A stretch of DNA of 64,000 nt from Felis catus (lineage: Eukaryota). Below are positions 22,347 through 34,997 of this stretch, one piece after another; positions within the stretch are counted from its first letter, which is position 1, and each line of letters begins with the position of its first letter. The position numbers and the translations under genes are program-made. Below the pieces are notes generated by a model, which ran no database searches, was not told the origin of the DNA, and saw only the letters and a list, made by a program, of their open reading frames with translations. The stretch is taken from NCBI RefSeq assembly GCF_018350175.1, contig NC_058369.1:16866001-16930000 (forward strand). The letters are read 5' to 3'.

Positions 22347-22519
22347 GTGTAGAGAAGTAGATGTAAGCAAACAAGATGATGTAGGTGGTCACAAGCGGGA
22401 TGAGTTCCGCGATGCCAATCTCCTCCTTGAAGTGCACGTGGACCAGGCTCTCCGCCCGAAGGGTGCAGTTGGGGCTAGGGTGCAGGAGCATCAGACGGGC
22501 CCGCAGGCTGCCCAGGAAC
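22347..22519 (-). CDS. SCAP: SCAP exon 7 (YIYF motif)
   Basis: [14 protein letters not shown]...[14 protein letters not shown]. Confidence 0.96.
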
Positions 22520-23159
22520 CTGGTCATGGAGCAGGTGGGATAGATGGACCGGCCCTCTTGGGCCAGGGGCAAAGGCAATCCCTGAAAGGAAGGCCCATCA
22601 GGGCTTCCCTCCTCCCCATGTTGGAGGGGGCTTTTCTGTGGTGTCCGAACTTCCTTGCAGTCTCTAAGGGGTCTTGGAAGAATTCTCAAGTTGTCTCAGG
22701 AGCCCCCCACCCCACCCTGCCCTGCTCCTTCCTCAACGTCCCTTTCCCAACCTATCAATGCCAAACGCCCACCAGGACAGCCAACCGGAGGCATCTCAAG
22801 CACTCTCTTCCCTTGCTAGGGAGCTGCCTACAGCACTTTGCTGGGGAGGCCTGAGGCCACATGAGGCTCAGTAGTCTCCAGCTGGGGACCCCTGCCACAG
22901 GCTCAAGAAAGCCCAGTGGAGGCATCAAGACACTAAATTTGCCAGCCCTGCCTTAGTCCCTATTCTTAACCAGGAGTCAGGTCACCCCGCTCAAATGTGA
23001 AAAGACAGCATCCCTCAATCTAAGAGAGAGAAACATTTCAACAGGAGGCCTGAAAACTCTAAGTTCCCAGGGGGGCATTCTGGACACCCTAGACCAGAAC
23101 AGGGACTACTCAAAGCTTCATACCATTCCCAGCCAGGAGCCCCGAGCCGACAGCCTTAC

Positions 23160-23265
23160 TTGGCATGGTAGCGCTGGAAGACCAGGGTAATGGTGTAGGA
23201 GACCATCCTCTTCCTGGTGTAGAGGCTCACCCCGCTGTACTTCCCAGGAACACCAAACAGCAAGT
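23160..23265 (-). CDS. SCAP: SCAP exon 6
   Basis: [34 protein letters not shown]. Confidence 0.96.
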
Positions 23266-23445
23266 CTGCAGATGGAAACCAGGAGGTACTGACAGAAAAA
23301 GGCAGCTGCCGTGGAGCCGCCAAGGACCCCTCCCCACACCCTAAAAAACATAGGGTAACCCCTGATCTGCCAGAGCACCCATCAAAAAGGACAGAGTGAC
23401 CAACAGGCACCCTTGCGGGCCCCTAGGGAATCTGCCCTGGGGTAC

Positions 23446-23666
23446 CTTTGAGCGTGGCTGAGGTCTGTAGGGTTTTGGGCTCATGCTGGTGGATGGTCCC
23501 GATGATGTCAGGATCAGCATGGAAGCGTTCCCGATCATTCTGCCAAAAGTTCCCAGGGGATAGCAGCAGGCACCCATGCTCAGGAAGTAAGTTCCGGAGC
23601 TTCCTGAGGCCAGGCAGTAGGTCGGTCACCTGCAGGCATACCTCCTCCAGGCCCCTGGTCCCGGAA
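23446..23666 (-). CDS. SCAP: SCAP exon 5
   Basis: [19 protein letters not shown]...[11 protein letters not shown]...SATLK. Confidence 0.96.
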
Positions 23667-24452
23667 CTGTGCAGGACATAGGACAAGGCATCTGTCGTGT
23701 CTGCGAGCACAGGGCAGACCCACTGCACTTACAGAGGGACCCTCTGTCATCAGGTTCCCAGATGCCTGGTATCTCTAAGAGCCTAAGGATTAGGGCAGCA
23801 GGAGAAAGTTCTTTTAGGTGGCCAACAACCAAACCATGTGGTTGACTGACCTCCAAAGTACATTTGGGGCCCAAGCCTCTCTAAGTAAGTTCTGGGAATA
23901 TGCACAACCTCCCACCGATGAAGACACCTCAGCCAATTCAGTGGGCAAAGAGGCGAGGGTGAAAATTAGGGGCTTCATTTCATTCACCAGAATGCATGTC
24001 AAAGCCCTCAGCTAACTAAAACCCAGCGGAGCGGGTGAAGCAGCCTGTGAAGCCAGCACAGGCTGGGGAGCGCCACCCGGGCTGGGGCTTCAGAAGCGAT
24101 CCCCAGGGGAAGTGTGCTTCTCCTCAGCTCGGCTACCACCACCATATCCACATCTCATAACCGTTGGGCAATAAGCCATCTGAGGCGCGAGGCAGGCAGT
24201 TCCCCATCAGCTCATCACAGGGTCAGCCCCGTGGACACCTACTCTGTCTGAGACCTGCGGATGAAACTATGTGTGCCATCCGTGTAGGTCGAGGGGTAGT
24301 GGGGCCACAATGTGAAAGTGGCTCACCCACCATTCTCACTTGTGCAATTTCTGCAGCACTGGCTGGCACAGTGGAATCACACCGAGGACCGTACACCCTC
24401 CACCTTCAGTAGGGAACAGATTCAGGGAGGCTGGGGGCACTGACAGGGATAC

Positions 24453-24610
24453 CTGTCTCTCAGCACGTGGTTCCGGATCTCTTCCACCAGCTGGAATGCT
24501 CGGGACAGAGGTGAACGAAACACATCTACTGCCAGGAGGTTCTTGTGCCAGGGAGACACTGAAGACTTCACAAATATCTGCTGGATATAAGCCACCGGGG
24601 CACCCACGTA
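24453..24610 (-). CDS. SCAP: SCAP exon 4
   Basis: [16 protein letters not shown]...[10 protein letters not shown]. Confidence 0.96.
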
Positions 24611-24809
24611 CTGCAGAAGAAACAGGGCAGGGGTGAAAATGTCAGCTCGGCACATGAGGGAGAAACGGGCCCACACTCAATAAGGATTTACTGAGCATCT
24701 ACTATGGGTAAAGCACTGTGGGGCCCAAAGATGGGCCTTCAAAAGTGAAGATGTCTCCAAGGGGTTCTTTGCAATTTATGAACCACATTCCTACACACTT
24801 CCCCATAGA

Positions 24810-25030
24810 TCAGGGGTCGGCAGACTATGGCTACAGGCTAAATCAAGCCCAGCGCCTGCTTTTCTAAATCAAGTTTTACTGGAACACAACCAGGTCCACT
24901 CCATTCCGTCCTGTCCACGACTGCTTTCCCACAATAATGGCAGAGGTGAGTGTTCACAACAGAGACCGTGTAACCCACAAAGCCTCAAACATTCATCATC
25001 TAGCCCTCTATGGAAAACGTCTGCCGAATT
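24810..25030 (+). mobile_element. MER58A-like hAT DNA transposon
   Basis: caggggtcggcagacta...aagttttactggaacaca...acagagaccgt..cccacaaagcct matches the recalled consensus. Confidence 0.8.
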
Positions 25031-25830
25031 CACAGTAGACCATCAGCTCCCAAGAGGGTGCAGCCTGTCTTACTGATCCTGCCATTTGCAGGTCAGTGGT
25101 TTTTAAAGACCGAAAGACCCAACTTTAAATCCCAGCTCTCTAAGTGTATGGCCCTGGAAACATTTTTGACTTCTCTGGATTTCAGTTTCCTCACTGTGAA
25201 AGGGGGGTGACTGACATTCACCCTGCAGCATCAAGATGCACACACATCTCACACCACACAGACACACGTGTGTATACAAACAGCACGTGCACAGACAGGT
25301 ATTAATGGAAATGTTAGCAATAGACAGTGTGGCACATCATTTCATCAACCCCCCACAATAGTCCTCTGAGACGCAAGGTGACTAGCTGGGGCTTCATAAC
25401 TCCCGCAGGGTGCTGCAAGGTCTCAAACCCATGTCTCCTCAATGGACATCACACACTTTTTCACTAGAACCTGCCATCTGCCCTAAAAGAGCTAACAACA
25501 AGCACCTAAGTAACCAAAGTGTTCAGACATGTCTCAGGCAAGCCAGGAACTCCCAGTGATGGAGCGGTCATGGAGCACCCCCATAATGAGGTACTGGATT
25601 AGCCGTGGCAGGATTACAGCCAAGGGAGAAGGTGGGTGGAGCCATGAGGTGGGCAAGGACTGGCAGGAGAGGGACGGTGAGGGCCTCAGGGGTGCCAGGG
25701 ACACTGAGAGCACAGACGGTCTAGATAGCACTAAGGAGTCCTGTCAGGTAGTAACACAAATCACAGCTAAAATGAGGGGTGGCTATGATGACGCCTGACT
25801 GAGCTGCCTGGATTCTAACCAGTTGCCAAA

Positions 25831-26520
25831 GAAAAGCCCCTGAGTGTCTCTGAGATGGTGACCAGATGAACGCAGTGCTCTGGAAGGCTGCCCTGGAGTT
25901 ACACTGTCATCCAACTGGAGGCAGGGAACACCGTCCACGGCCGTGACGTACTGTGGTGCCGGCTGGAGGGAGCTGAGAGGGCGATCCCCACACCTGTGCC
26001 GCCATCAGGGACTCCACAGGGTGGGGGAGTAGATGAAAGGCCACTTAGCCCCTCGATGATGCCTGACTACAGGTTATCGCACGGGCGAAGGTCAGGATGC
26101 TGAACACGAATGGCAAGTTAAGGCCTCCTGGGCCCCTGGACACAAAGGAACAACTCAAGGCAACCACCTACGCCTTTGTGAAGTTTACATTTATGAAGCC
26201 ACGTCTTACAAAGGCTCTGGGGACAGAAGGCTGCACCTGCTTTGTCATTTGCACCGGACTCAGGCTGCTAGAAGCTGCCTAAAGGCACAGAGGAACCTGG
26301 ATGGAGCTCGCTGCCGCAGGCTCTGACCTGAATAGCAGCTCATCGACTCAAGTCCTCACACAGGCCTGAATGGGGAGGAGCTGTCTGGAGACAAACAGCT
26401 CTACGAGGAGAGCCATCCCCAGGGCAACCATCCTCAAGCCCTGTGAAGGACACAGCGTATCATCCAGGAACAGCATGACACCAGGAAGCCTCCAGACCTG
26501 GGTTTGTTCCCACTGGGCAC
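25831..26520 (+). pseudogene. Possible decayed intronless MAGUK p55 (MPP)-like HOOK/guanylate-kinase remnant
   Basis: Collinear degenerate motifs across frames: EKPLS..EMVTR*, GRDVL..RL, AIP(H)T, GE*.KGHL, QVIARAKVRML, TKEQLK..YAFVK..FMKP, QRIIQE..QTWVCSHW; recognised by eye only. Confidence 0.4.
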
Positions 26521-27295
26521 GAGGCTGTGACTGCACATACCACCCCTTCTGCCTTCCACTTCCACCTCCACCCTCAGGCCCACCGAGCCTGTGCAACTGA
26601 GCCCTTCGCTTCTGGGTGCAAAACTCCTTCTAGCTCCTGGGCCCTCCGCTTCTTCTCCAGCCTCCTTCCCACCCAGGCACCTTCTCCCCAGCCAGGACCA
26701 TTCGGACCACCATTTCAATGAAGTACTAATGAACATCTCAGAAACTAGAGCCCTCTCCCTGGGCTCTAGGGATGGCTCTAGGAGTTCTAGGAGCACACTG
26801 CTTCCCAAATATTTTTAAGTTTCTGCCTGGAAGTGTACATATTACTACTACCATCATCAGTTTTAGGTGAGAGGACCCAGGCTTTCATCAGATTTTCACA
26901 GGAACATGTAACTCCTTCACCCCAGACCTCTCTCTCCTTTGTCCTTCCACCAGCGCTGGGTAAATCCACAGCTCCTTTGTTTGCACGCCTCAGGCGGCCA
27001 GCCTCAACAAACAAGAACCATGCACCAGTGATTCTTACTGCACATCCCTGCTTCCCGGCCTTGGCCTCCTTCTGCTGGCAGCCTCTTGATACACCCTCCC
27101 TGACTTCCAAATGAACTTCTCAAGCAGCTATTCCAAGTTTTTTTTCCAACTCTTCCAAGATCTTGAGTCCCCTCATTTATCACGATCGTAGCAAATTCGT
27201 CACCCAACATATGTGCCCGCAACCCCCTCTTATGGGCATCAAAATTCTCTTACAGTGGTTTATTCAACAGGCATGCGCCTGACTCTTGTCATTCA

Positions 27296-27700
27296 CTACC
27301 TCAGTTTGGGATCCCCAGTAGCAGACCCTAAGCTGGGTGGTTTATTTGGAAGGTACAGAAAATACAGGAAGGGGAGTAAAGGCAGGAACAAGGGAGGGAA
27401 AGCAGCCAACAAAGGGTGTTACTGGACAAGTGACCTCTGTCGGTAATGGGGTTTAGCTGAGTCATCCCATCTGAAAGATCAGAGAGCTGAGGTATTACAT
27501 ACCAACCCCTGCAGCTACTGCTTGAGTGCTGCTCCCAGGGGGCATGAATCCTCCAGCACCTCAGGCCTTCACCAGAGATGCTCTGACGTATGAGATGCAG
27601 AAACTGGTGGCTGGAAAGCAGGCAGGCAGGCACTAAAATAAAAGGGTAGCCGGGATGTGGGCAGGGCCCACCACTCACTGCACTAGGCCCTATCATAACC
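27296..27700. mobile_element. ERVL-type solo LTR (LTR33-like)
   Basis: tcagtttgggatccccagtagcagaccct...ggaaagcagccaacaaagggtgtt resembles the recalled consensus. Confidence 0.55.
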
Positions 27701-27839
27701 ACTACTGGACATTCAAGGGAGAAACAGACATGGAAACAGACACAACACATGGTATCCAAAGTGAGCGACGGAGGAAGCATAAGGGCCCGTGGATCCAGAT
27801 GCCTGTGGGCAAAGAGGGCGGACTCCTCACTAGATGGAG

Positions 27840-28600
27840 GCTGTGGCAGGTAGTCTTCTAACACGGCTCCAGTAACCCCCACCTCCTGGTGCTCCTGCCC
27901 ACAGGCGATCCCCCTGGAGACAGGGCTACACCCAGCGACCTGCTTCTGGCAAACAGACTACAACAAAAGTAATGACATGTCACTTCTGAGACTTGGTTAC
28001 ACAAGACTATGATTCTTGAGGACGTTATGCTGGGTGAAATTAGCCAGTCAGTACTGTACAATTCTACTTATATGAGGTACCTAAAGTCGTGAAATTTATA
28101 CAGACAGAAAGAATGGCAGGTGGCAGGGGTATTAATGGGTACAAAGTTTCTGTTTTACAAGACGAAAAGTTATAGAGATGGATGGTTGCACAACATGAAT
28201 GTATTTAATACCAGTGCACTATACACTTAAAAAGGGTTTAGATGATAAATTTTATGTTGTATTTTGCCACACACACAAATAAAAATTGGAAGGAAAAAGG
28301 ACTGTGATTCTTCCTCTGCCCCCCTCTTTTGGAACCACCACTCTGATGAAGTCAGCCATGTGTCAGCTGCTCTGGAAGGTCCACGAAACAAGGAATTAAA
28401 GGGGCCCTCGGCCAACACCCGGTGAGGAATGAAGACCCTCAGCTCAACAGCCTGCAAGGAGCCTGTTGCCAGGTGGGTGCTGAGAGAGCCTGCAAGTCAG
28501 GTGTCCCCACACCGGGCTCGGAGAAGAGTGCAGCCTTGGCTGCCACCTTGAGTTCAGCCTTGGGAGACCCGGAGCTATGGGACCCAGATAAGAAAACCAA
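27840..28600 (+). mobile_element. MaLR (MLT1-like) LTR interrupted by an old L1 3' fragment (~28015-28290)
   Basis: tgtggcagg..., gtcacttctgag..ggttac.caagact, gaagtcagccatgt, cagccttgggagacc; the L1 part reads cttgaggacgttatgctgggtgaaattagccagtca...tttatgttgtattttgccac. Confidence 0.65.
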
Positions 28601-30039
28601 GGCCCAGAGAGACAACAGGATGTGTCCAAGGACACAGCTGACAGACAGTCGAGCCAGGATTAAAGCCAGGGCTGCCCAATTCTCAATCCTGTTGTTTCTC
28701 AACAGCCAGCATGCCTGGGTGGTTGGAAACCATGAGAGTTCCTGCAGGAAACAGATGGGAAGGCCCAACATGAGCAGTGTAGGAGGGGAGCTGAGGTCCT
28801 AGGGATCCCTGGGGTCTCTGGCCACCAGCACTGACAGTATGAGGCCCCTGACCAGGGCTCCTTGGAATTCCTGTGTCCAGGCTCAGCCAGCCACCACAAA
28901 CATTGCAATGCTGCCCCTGGTAGCCTAACCAGCTCTGCGGCCTGCCAGGTAGGGCTTAGTGTGAAGTTCAGGTTTCATGATGACCTGGTCTGGGAGAGCC
29001 AGGCCAGTGCAAGAGACCTCAGGCTTGTTTTGTTTAAAACACAGTCCTTCCTTTACATGCAGACAGAGCAAACTCCAGGGAGTTTACCTTCACACTGACA
29101 CACCCAGAAGCTCTCTTCAGAACATGACAGAGGACTCCTGTTAACTCAGCTCTTCTGGAAAACGTGGCTGCTGATCTGTCCTCCAGACCTGGGCAGGTAA
29201 GCGGGTGTGGTGTGGTGGGAACGGCGGTCTCAGGGGACCCACCTGGGTTCAACTTCCAGTGTCAGCCCTGGCTGTGCACCTTGGACAATGGTGTCTACAT
29301 TCTCTAAGCCCCAGTCTCTTACTAGGGAACAGGGATGGAGTCCCAGACCTCACCTCATCACTGCGAAGACCAAACAAAACAACACACATAACCATCTGGC
29401 AAAGTGGCCAAAAACAGGTCACTTATATGTAGTCACATTATCATGGCTTAAAACTATTATAATTGGATTTGGCATCTCCTGAGGATCTATGTCTCCATCC
29501 CTTGCACACCCCGACCCTTTCCCTAAGCATGGTCACCTCTGTCTCTAAGTTTCTCCAAGTTCAATACATCTGATCTTCTTATCGCCACTTTCCTCAAGCT
29601 GATGCTTCTGGGGGACTGGCTTCCCACTGCCCAATTAAAGTTGAAACCCCACAACCTGGGGTTCAACTTGGTCCCACCTTATCAACTACCATGCTCCAAG
29701 AAAAATGCCTCACTTTACACTCTTGGTCTGCTAAATAAGCCGTGCTGTTTCTCTATTCAACAAGAAGACTTTCTTGAGCATCTACTATGTTAAAATGTTG
29801 GACTATATACGTTTGAATAGAAAATGATCTCTAGTGGGTGGAAACAGAGCACAGAGGGGAGACAGGTCACGAATCTGCAAGAGAGCTGGGGAAGGCTTCC
29901 TGGAGACAGTGGCATCTGAGCTCAGGCTAAAGGATAAGGAGTGCAGGCCTGGTGCGCCCCAAAGGGCAGTCCAAGCATGTGAACTTTGGTCACCCTCCAG
30001 AACTTTGGCCAGATCTGATCAAGGACAATGACAACAGTG

Positions 30040-30215
30040 CTAGCCACAAACATGTGTCAAGTGCAAGTGATGGGCCAGGCACTGCACTAAGCCTTTGCAT
30101 GCCTTCATGTAATCCTCTGACAACGTCTAACGTAGGTATGATTATCATCCCCATTTTCTGAATGCAGAAATGAGGGAACAAAAGTATTAAGTAACTTGCC
30201 CAAGGTCACACGCGT
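30040..30215 (-). mobile_element. MIR SINE
   Basis: attatcatccccattttctg...aagtaacttgcccaaggtcaca MIR core. Confidence 0.75.
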
Positions 30216-30749
30216 GTGCAAAATGGAAAGTCTCTACCATTTCTGCTTTGCTCTTCCCTTCCGTTGGTAGAAACATCCCTCTTTCAGAAAGAAGTGTCCC
30301 TCTGAACCCAACAAGGCTACTGGTTAGTGATTCCAACAGAGGATGGGCCTAAGAGCACCAGGACCTGGCAGGGTGGATCAGAGTCCCCTCTGCAGGACAC
30401 ACAAAAGCAAAAATGCACACTGCAGCTGTCATCACACTATGGGGCCACCACAGCTAAAGGGGAGAAAGACGACTGTACAGAAAGCTACCTCCAGCATATG
30501 GAAAGACTTTTACAATTCAGTAAAAAGAAATCCAAACAACTTCATTCAAAATGGGCAACACCTAAAAACACCAAAGAAAGATATGCAAATACAATAAACA
30601 CGACATTAGTCATCTGGGAAACGGAAATTAAAACCATAGGGAGATTACTCTATACATCCATTAGAAAGCTTTTTAAAAATTTTGTGCCAAGAGTTTTGTG
30701 GCCTGAAGACTGAACTTTAATGTTTGGGAATGTAAAAAATAACTTAAGA

Positions 30750-31030
30750 GGCTGACGGATGTGGAAAGAATGGCATTTCTCCTCCGCGGTCTTCCCCAAA
30801 CCCATACCCCAGTCTAATCTAGAAAAAAACAGACAAATCCCACTGGAGGAACACTCTACAAAATACCTGGCTGCCACTCCAAACTGTCAAGGTCATCAAA
30901 GATAAGGGACGTCTGCAAAACTGTTGTAGCCAAGGGAGGCCACAGGGAAAGTAACCACTAAATTTAATGTGGTGCCCTAAATGGAATCTTGGGATAGAAA
31001 AAGGATATTAGGTAAAAACTAAGAAAATTT
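30750..31030 (+). mobile_element. Old L1 (L1MC/MD-type) 3'UTR fragment
   Basis: aaacccatacccc agtctaat...cagacaaatccc...aactgtcaaggtcatcaaa. Confidence 0.65.
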
Positions 31031-31049
31031 GGTTTCCTTAGTTTTCCTT

Positions 31050-31615
31050 AGTGACAGTTTCTCAGAATTTCTTTTTGATAACCTTGACAATTTTAAGGAG
31101 TAGTGGTCAGGTACTGTATAAAAAGTCCCTCAAGTGGGATTCATCCAACTTCCCATAATTAGGCTGGGGTTATGGGTTTCTGGGAGAAAGACCAGAGGTA
31201 GAGTGCCTCACCTGTCACGCATCAAGGGTATGTACTATCAGCCTGATCTATCACTGCTGACATTGACCCTGACCTCCTTGCTGGGGAGGTAACTGTCTGG
31301 TTCTCCACTGTAAAGTGATTCTTTGCTCCCTCTCTTCATATAGTATTCTTTGGAAGGAAGTCACTACGCACAGTCCATGCTTAAGGAAGAGAAGTTATAT
31401 TCTAATCCCTTGAGGGAGAGTATTTACATAAATTATTTAGAATTTTTGCCTGGATTTATCTATTTTCCCCCATTTACTTAATCACATGAACTCAAGATAT
31501 TTTATACTCTGGGTTATAATCCAATACTACTTTATTTTCTTGCAAAATATCTTTTGTTTTCTAGCACTGGCCATTGGGAACTCTTTCAGTTGGCTCCTGT
31601 GTCCCTTTGACATAT
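31050..31615 (-). mobile_element. Old L1 (L1MC/MD-type) 3'UTR fragment, opposite orientation
   Basis: Reverse complement homologous to the preceding fragment; ends ttggctcctgtgtccctttgacata. Confidence 0.65.
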
Positions 31616-33815
31616 ATTTATTTTGAACTGACATCTTTGTCTTCTCTTTCTAACCAGACAGATCTCCCCAGAAGCTGTGAGGCTCTACGTGTCCCCTAGA
31701 TCATCCTGCTGGGTACACTGCAGAATGTAAACATATGCTGAATACAGGAATGAATGGAGGAATGAAGGATGTTCTGGTTCCTTAGTAGGCAGCAGGTGCT
31801 TGCATTGTTGTGCCCAGTGCCCGAGCCTCCTGATTTTCCTTTGGAAATGGTCCTCTCTTGTTCTAAGCCTAGTGATGGTGACAACTAGCTGATGAAGCCA
31901 GTCAACAAAGCACCACCTTCATCACAGGATTTGGGTTGGGGACAGGCAAGCTACCTCACTTAGATACAACCTGGCACCTTCTCATCCTGCACTGGATTAG
32001 ATATTGCAAGAACATAAGGCTCAAGCTGCTGGAGCTTTTAAGCAGATCAAGAGTGGAGCCAAAAGAACCGAGAGGTGAACTCCTTTTGAGGCCCAAACCA
32101 TAGTGTTCTTGAGTTCTAGGACTCTAAAAATTCCTTTTGATTACTCTGGTTTGAGCTGAGTTTTCTGTTCCTTATAACTAAATCAGTCCTTACTGCTCCT
32201 ATATTGCTGGCCTGAATTTTTATCATGAATGGTCAGTGGAGGTAAGAGAACTGACCCCTGACCTGCAAAACACTAGGTGACTGCACTGAGGCCTGGGTCC
32301 TTCTCAATCCTTCAAGGGGTGGGGGCTCCAAAGAGAGAGAAAACAGCCCATCTTCTGACTGCTGAGCCCTGAAGTTATTTGTACACCTACTTACTATCAT
32401 CATCCCAGACCAATGAAGGGCATTAAGGAAGTTCAAAGAGGTCACAAACAAGTCACCTCCACAACAGCCGTACCATTAAATACCTACCATGTATTATCAG
32501 GCCAACCGAACTCTTCTAGTCATGAAACATCCACAAATACAGACTCCCCTGTTGTGACCACAAACCATCAGTTCCATAATGTGGTACAACTGCTTCAAGA
32601 GATTAATGAAGGTAAAAGGTCTGAACCAAGAAGGTCCCATAGTGAGCCAATGGTCAAGCTGGTACATGAAGTTACAGAACCAGTTTCTGCCAGCACCACA
32701 CCATGCTCCCTCTGACCTTCATGGACAGAGTCCCATTAAGCCAGATTAATATATGGCTTAACACACACCTATCTTACCAGCTCTGTCTCTATTTCAGCAA
32801 CAGTAGGGGCAAGTTTACAACAAGTTGCCTGACTGCTATATTACCTATAAAGGATAGAGAGGAATGTATCATCATTGTCAGAGACAGGGCGGAAAAGGAA
32901 GAGCTCTGTTCCCCAGGCTTTGGTTTTCCTCCTCAACAATACACTCAGTCCAGCACAAATCCATGGGACCAAAGCACAATGTATGAAGGAAGGACACTTC
33001 ATCTACTACCTGGCAGGTAAAAGCCTTCGAGATGGGCGAATCGAGCTTGTAAGATTTCCAGATAACGAGTCCAGCGTCACAGCGGGTTAAGTCCTCTACC
33101 TGAGACCCTCAGCTAGAGCAACCGTTACGTCCTCGGCTACATCAGTGCTCAGCTCAGAGGCAATCAACTGAGAATACTATGGCCCAGAACAAGCAGGGAC
33201 CTGGGGTCAGGAGTCCTGGAGTTCTGATCCAGTGCTGACCCCATCTATAACTAGGTAACTGAGGCACTTCATCACCCTGGGCCCCCTTTCCTAACTATAA
33301 AAGAGATTTAAAAAACCCAAAACACAAAAACTCAACACTTTTTACCAAACTTCATTGTGAGGAGAAAATCAGACGTGACATCTGAAAACATGAGGTGCAC
33401 ACTGATATATGAGACCCTGATCACAGAAAATTCTCTAAGGATGCTCCATGGCTCTCGTGACCACTTGGGACAAGGAGGAGATGGCCTGCTTGCCAGAGCA
33501 CTGCTTGGGCCCGGGCATGGTATGTGAGCAGTCCAGGTAGGACTCCAGACCCATCTGGCCATAGCTACAACCACCACAGATCCCACCTGGCTGTTGAGGA
33601 CAGTCACATTTTTGTGTCACGTGGCGTTTCCTTTCAAAAAAGGTTATTCATTAACTGTGTAATGAAATATTTGTGGTGCCTTTGTAAAAGCTGTTCAAGT
33701 ACATGTACCCACCAATCCGAAGCTGGCCACCCTCACTCTCACTCCCAGAACCCCTGCATTGGCCAATTTCCACCCAACCCTCGGGGCTCTCCCCAGACAC
33801 ACAATGAGCACCTAC

Positions 33816-33945
33816 CCACTCTGGCCGCTCACTGGGCTCCCCTGGTTTGTGGTCAGAGGCCACGGGTGGGGGCGAGTAGTCCTTCACAGGAGTGGTGAAC
33901 TCCACCGGTCCTGTCCCTGGTAGGGGCAGTTTCAGCAGTGGGCAG
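33816..33945 (-). CDS. SCAP: SCAP exon 3
   Basis: [27 protein letters not shown]...RPEW|gtagg. Confidence 0.95.
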
Positions 33946-34153
33946 CTGGGACGAACAAGAAGGAGAGAAGGGTTAGGACACGGCAGGAGCACAATCTGCG
34001 CCGAAATGAGTGACACAGGGGCCAGCACAGCCGCACTGCATTCTCCCTGCTGGGACTGCATGTGTGTGCACAATATCGGAGTCATAAAACTTCGGAACTA
34101 GAAAGACACTCAGAAGACACCCAGATCAGAATATCAGAATTTTTCAAGCTCAG

Positions 34154-34997
34154 AGCACCTGGATGTCTCAGCCAGTTAAGTGTCCGACTCTTGGTTTCAG
34201 CTCAGGTCATGATCTTATGGTTTGTGAGATCGAGCCACATGTTGGGCTCAGAGCTGACAGGATGGAGCCTGCTTGGGATTCATTCTCTCTCTCCTCTCTC
34301 TGCCCCTCCCCACTTGCACACATGTGCCCATTTTCTCTCTCAAACTTAAAAAAAAAAAAAAAGAAAAAAGAACTTTTCCAAAAAAAACCAGGATGCGTGG
34401 ATGGCTCAGTTAGGCATCCAACTTCGGCTCAGGTCATGATCTTACAGTTCATGGGTTTGAGCACCACGTTGGGCTCTGTGCTGACAGCTTGGAGCCTGCT
34501 TCGGATTCTGTGTCTCCCTCTCTCTCTGCCCCTCCCCTGCTCGCAACTGTCTCTCTCTCTCTCAAAAATAAACATTAAAAAAAAAACTTTCAAGCTTATT
34601 TTTAGCCACAGAAAGCTTACAAGGAAGTCCAATTGATAAAACAGACTGGATGAATATTTTTAGAGACATAATAAAGATGCTAAAAAAAAAAAAAACCTTG
34701 TCAAATTAAAAGTAAGACAACAATAAGAAACCGGGGAGGGGGGGGGAATGTATAAAAATCCAGAAGGAGGGGCGCCTGGGTGGCTCAGTCGGTTAGGCGT
34801 CCGACTTCAGCTCAGGTCATGATCTGCCAGTTTGTGAGTTTGAGCCCCGTGTCAAGGCTCTGTGCTGACAGCTCAGAGCCTGAAGCCTGCTTCGGATTCT
34901 GTGTCTCCTTCTCTCTCTGACCCTCCCCCACTCACACTCTGTCTCTGTCTCTCTCAAGAATAAATAAACATTAAATAAATAAATAAAAATAAAAATA
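34154..34997 (+). mobile_element. Three Can-SINEs (~34154-34370, ~34390-34585, 34769-34997)
   Basis: Typical heads and tails; the third is flanked by TSD aaaatccagaagga. Confidence 0.92.

Noticed and set aside
26030..26055. KGHLAP read as an endonuclease G-type RGH motif
   Set aside because: No supporting flanking motifs; the surrounding order fits a guanylate-kinase remnant better
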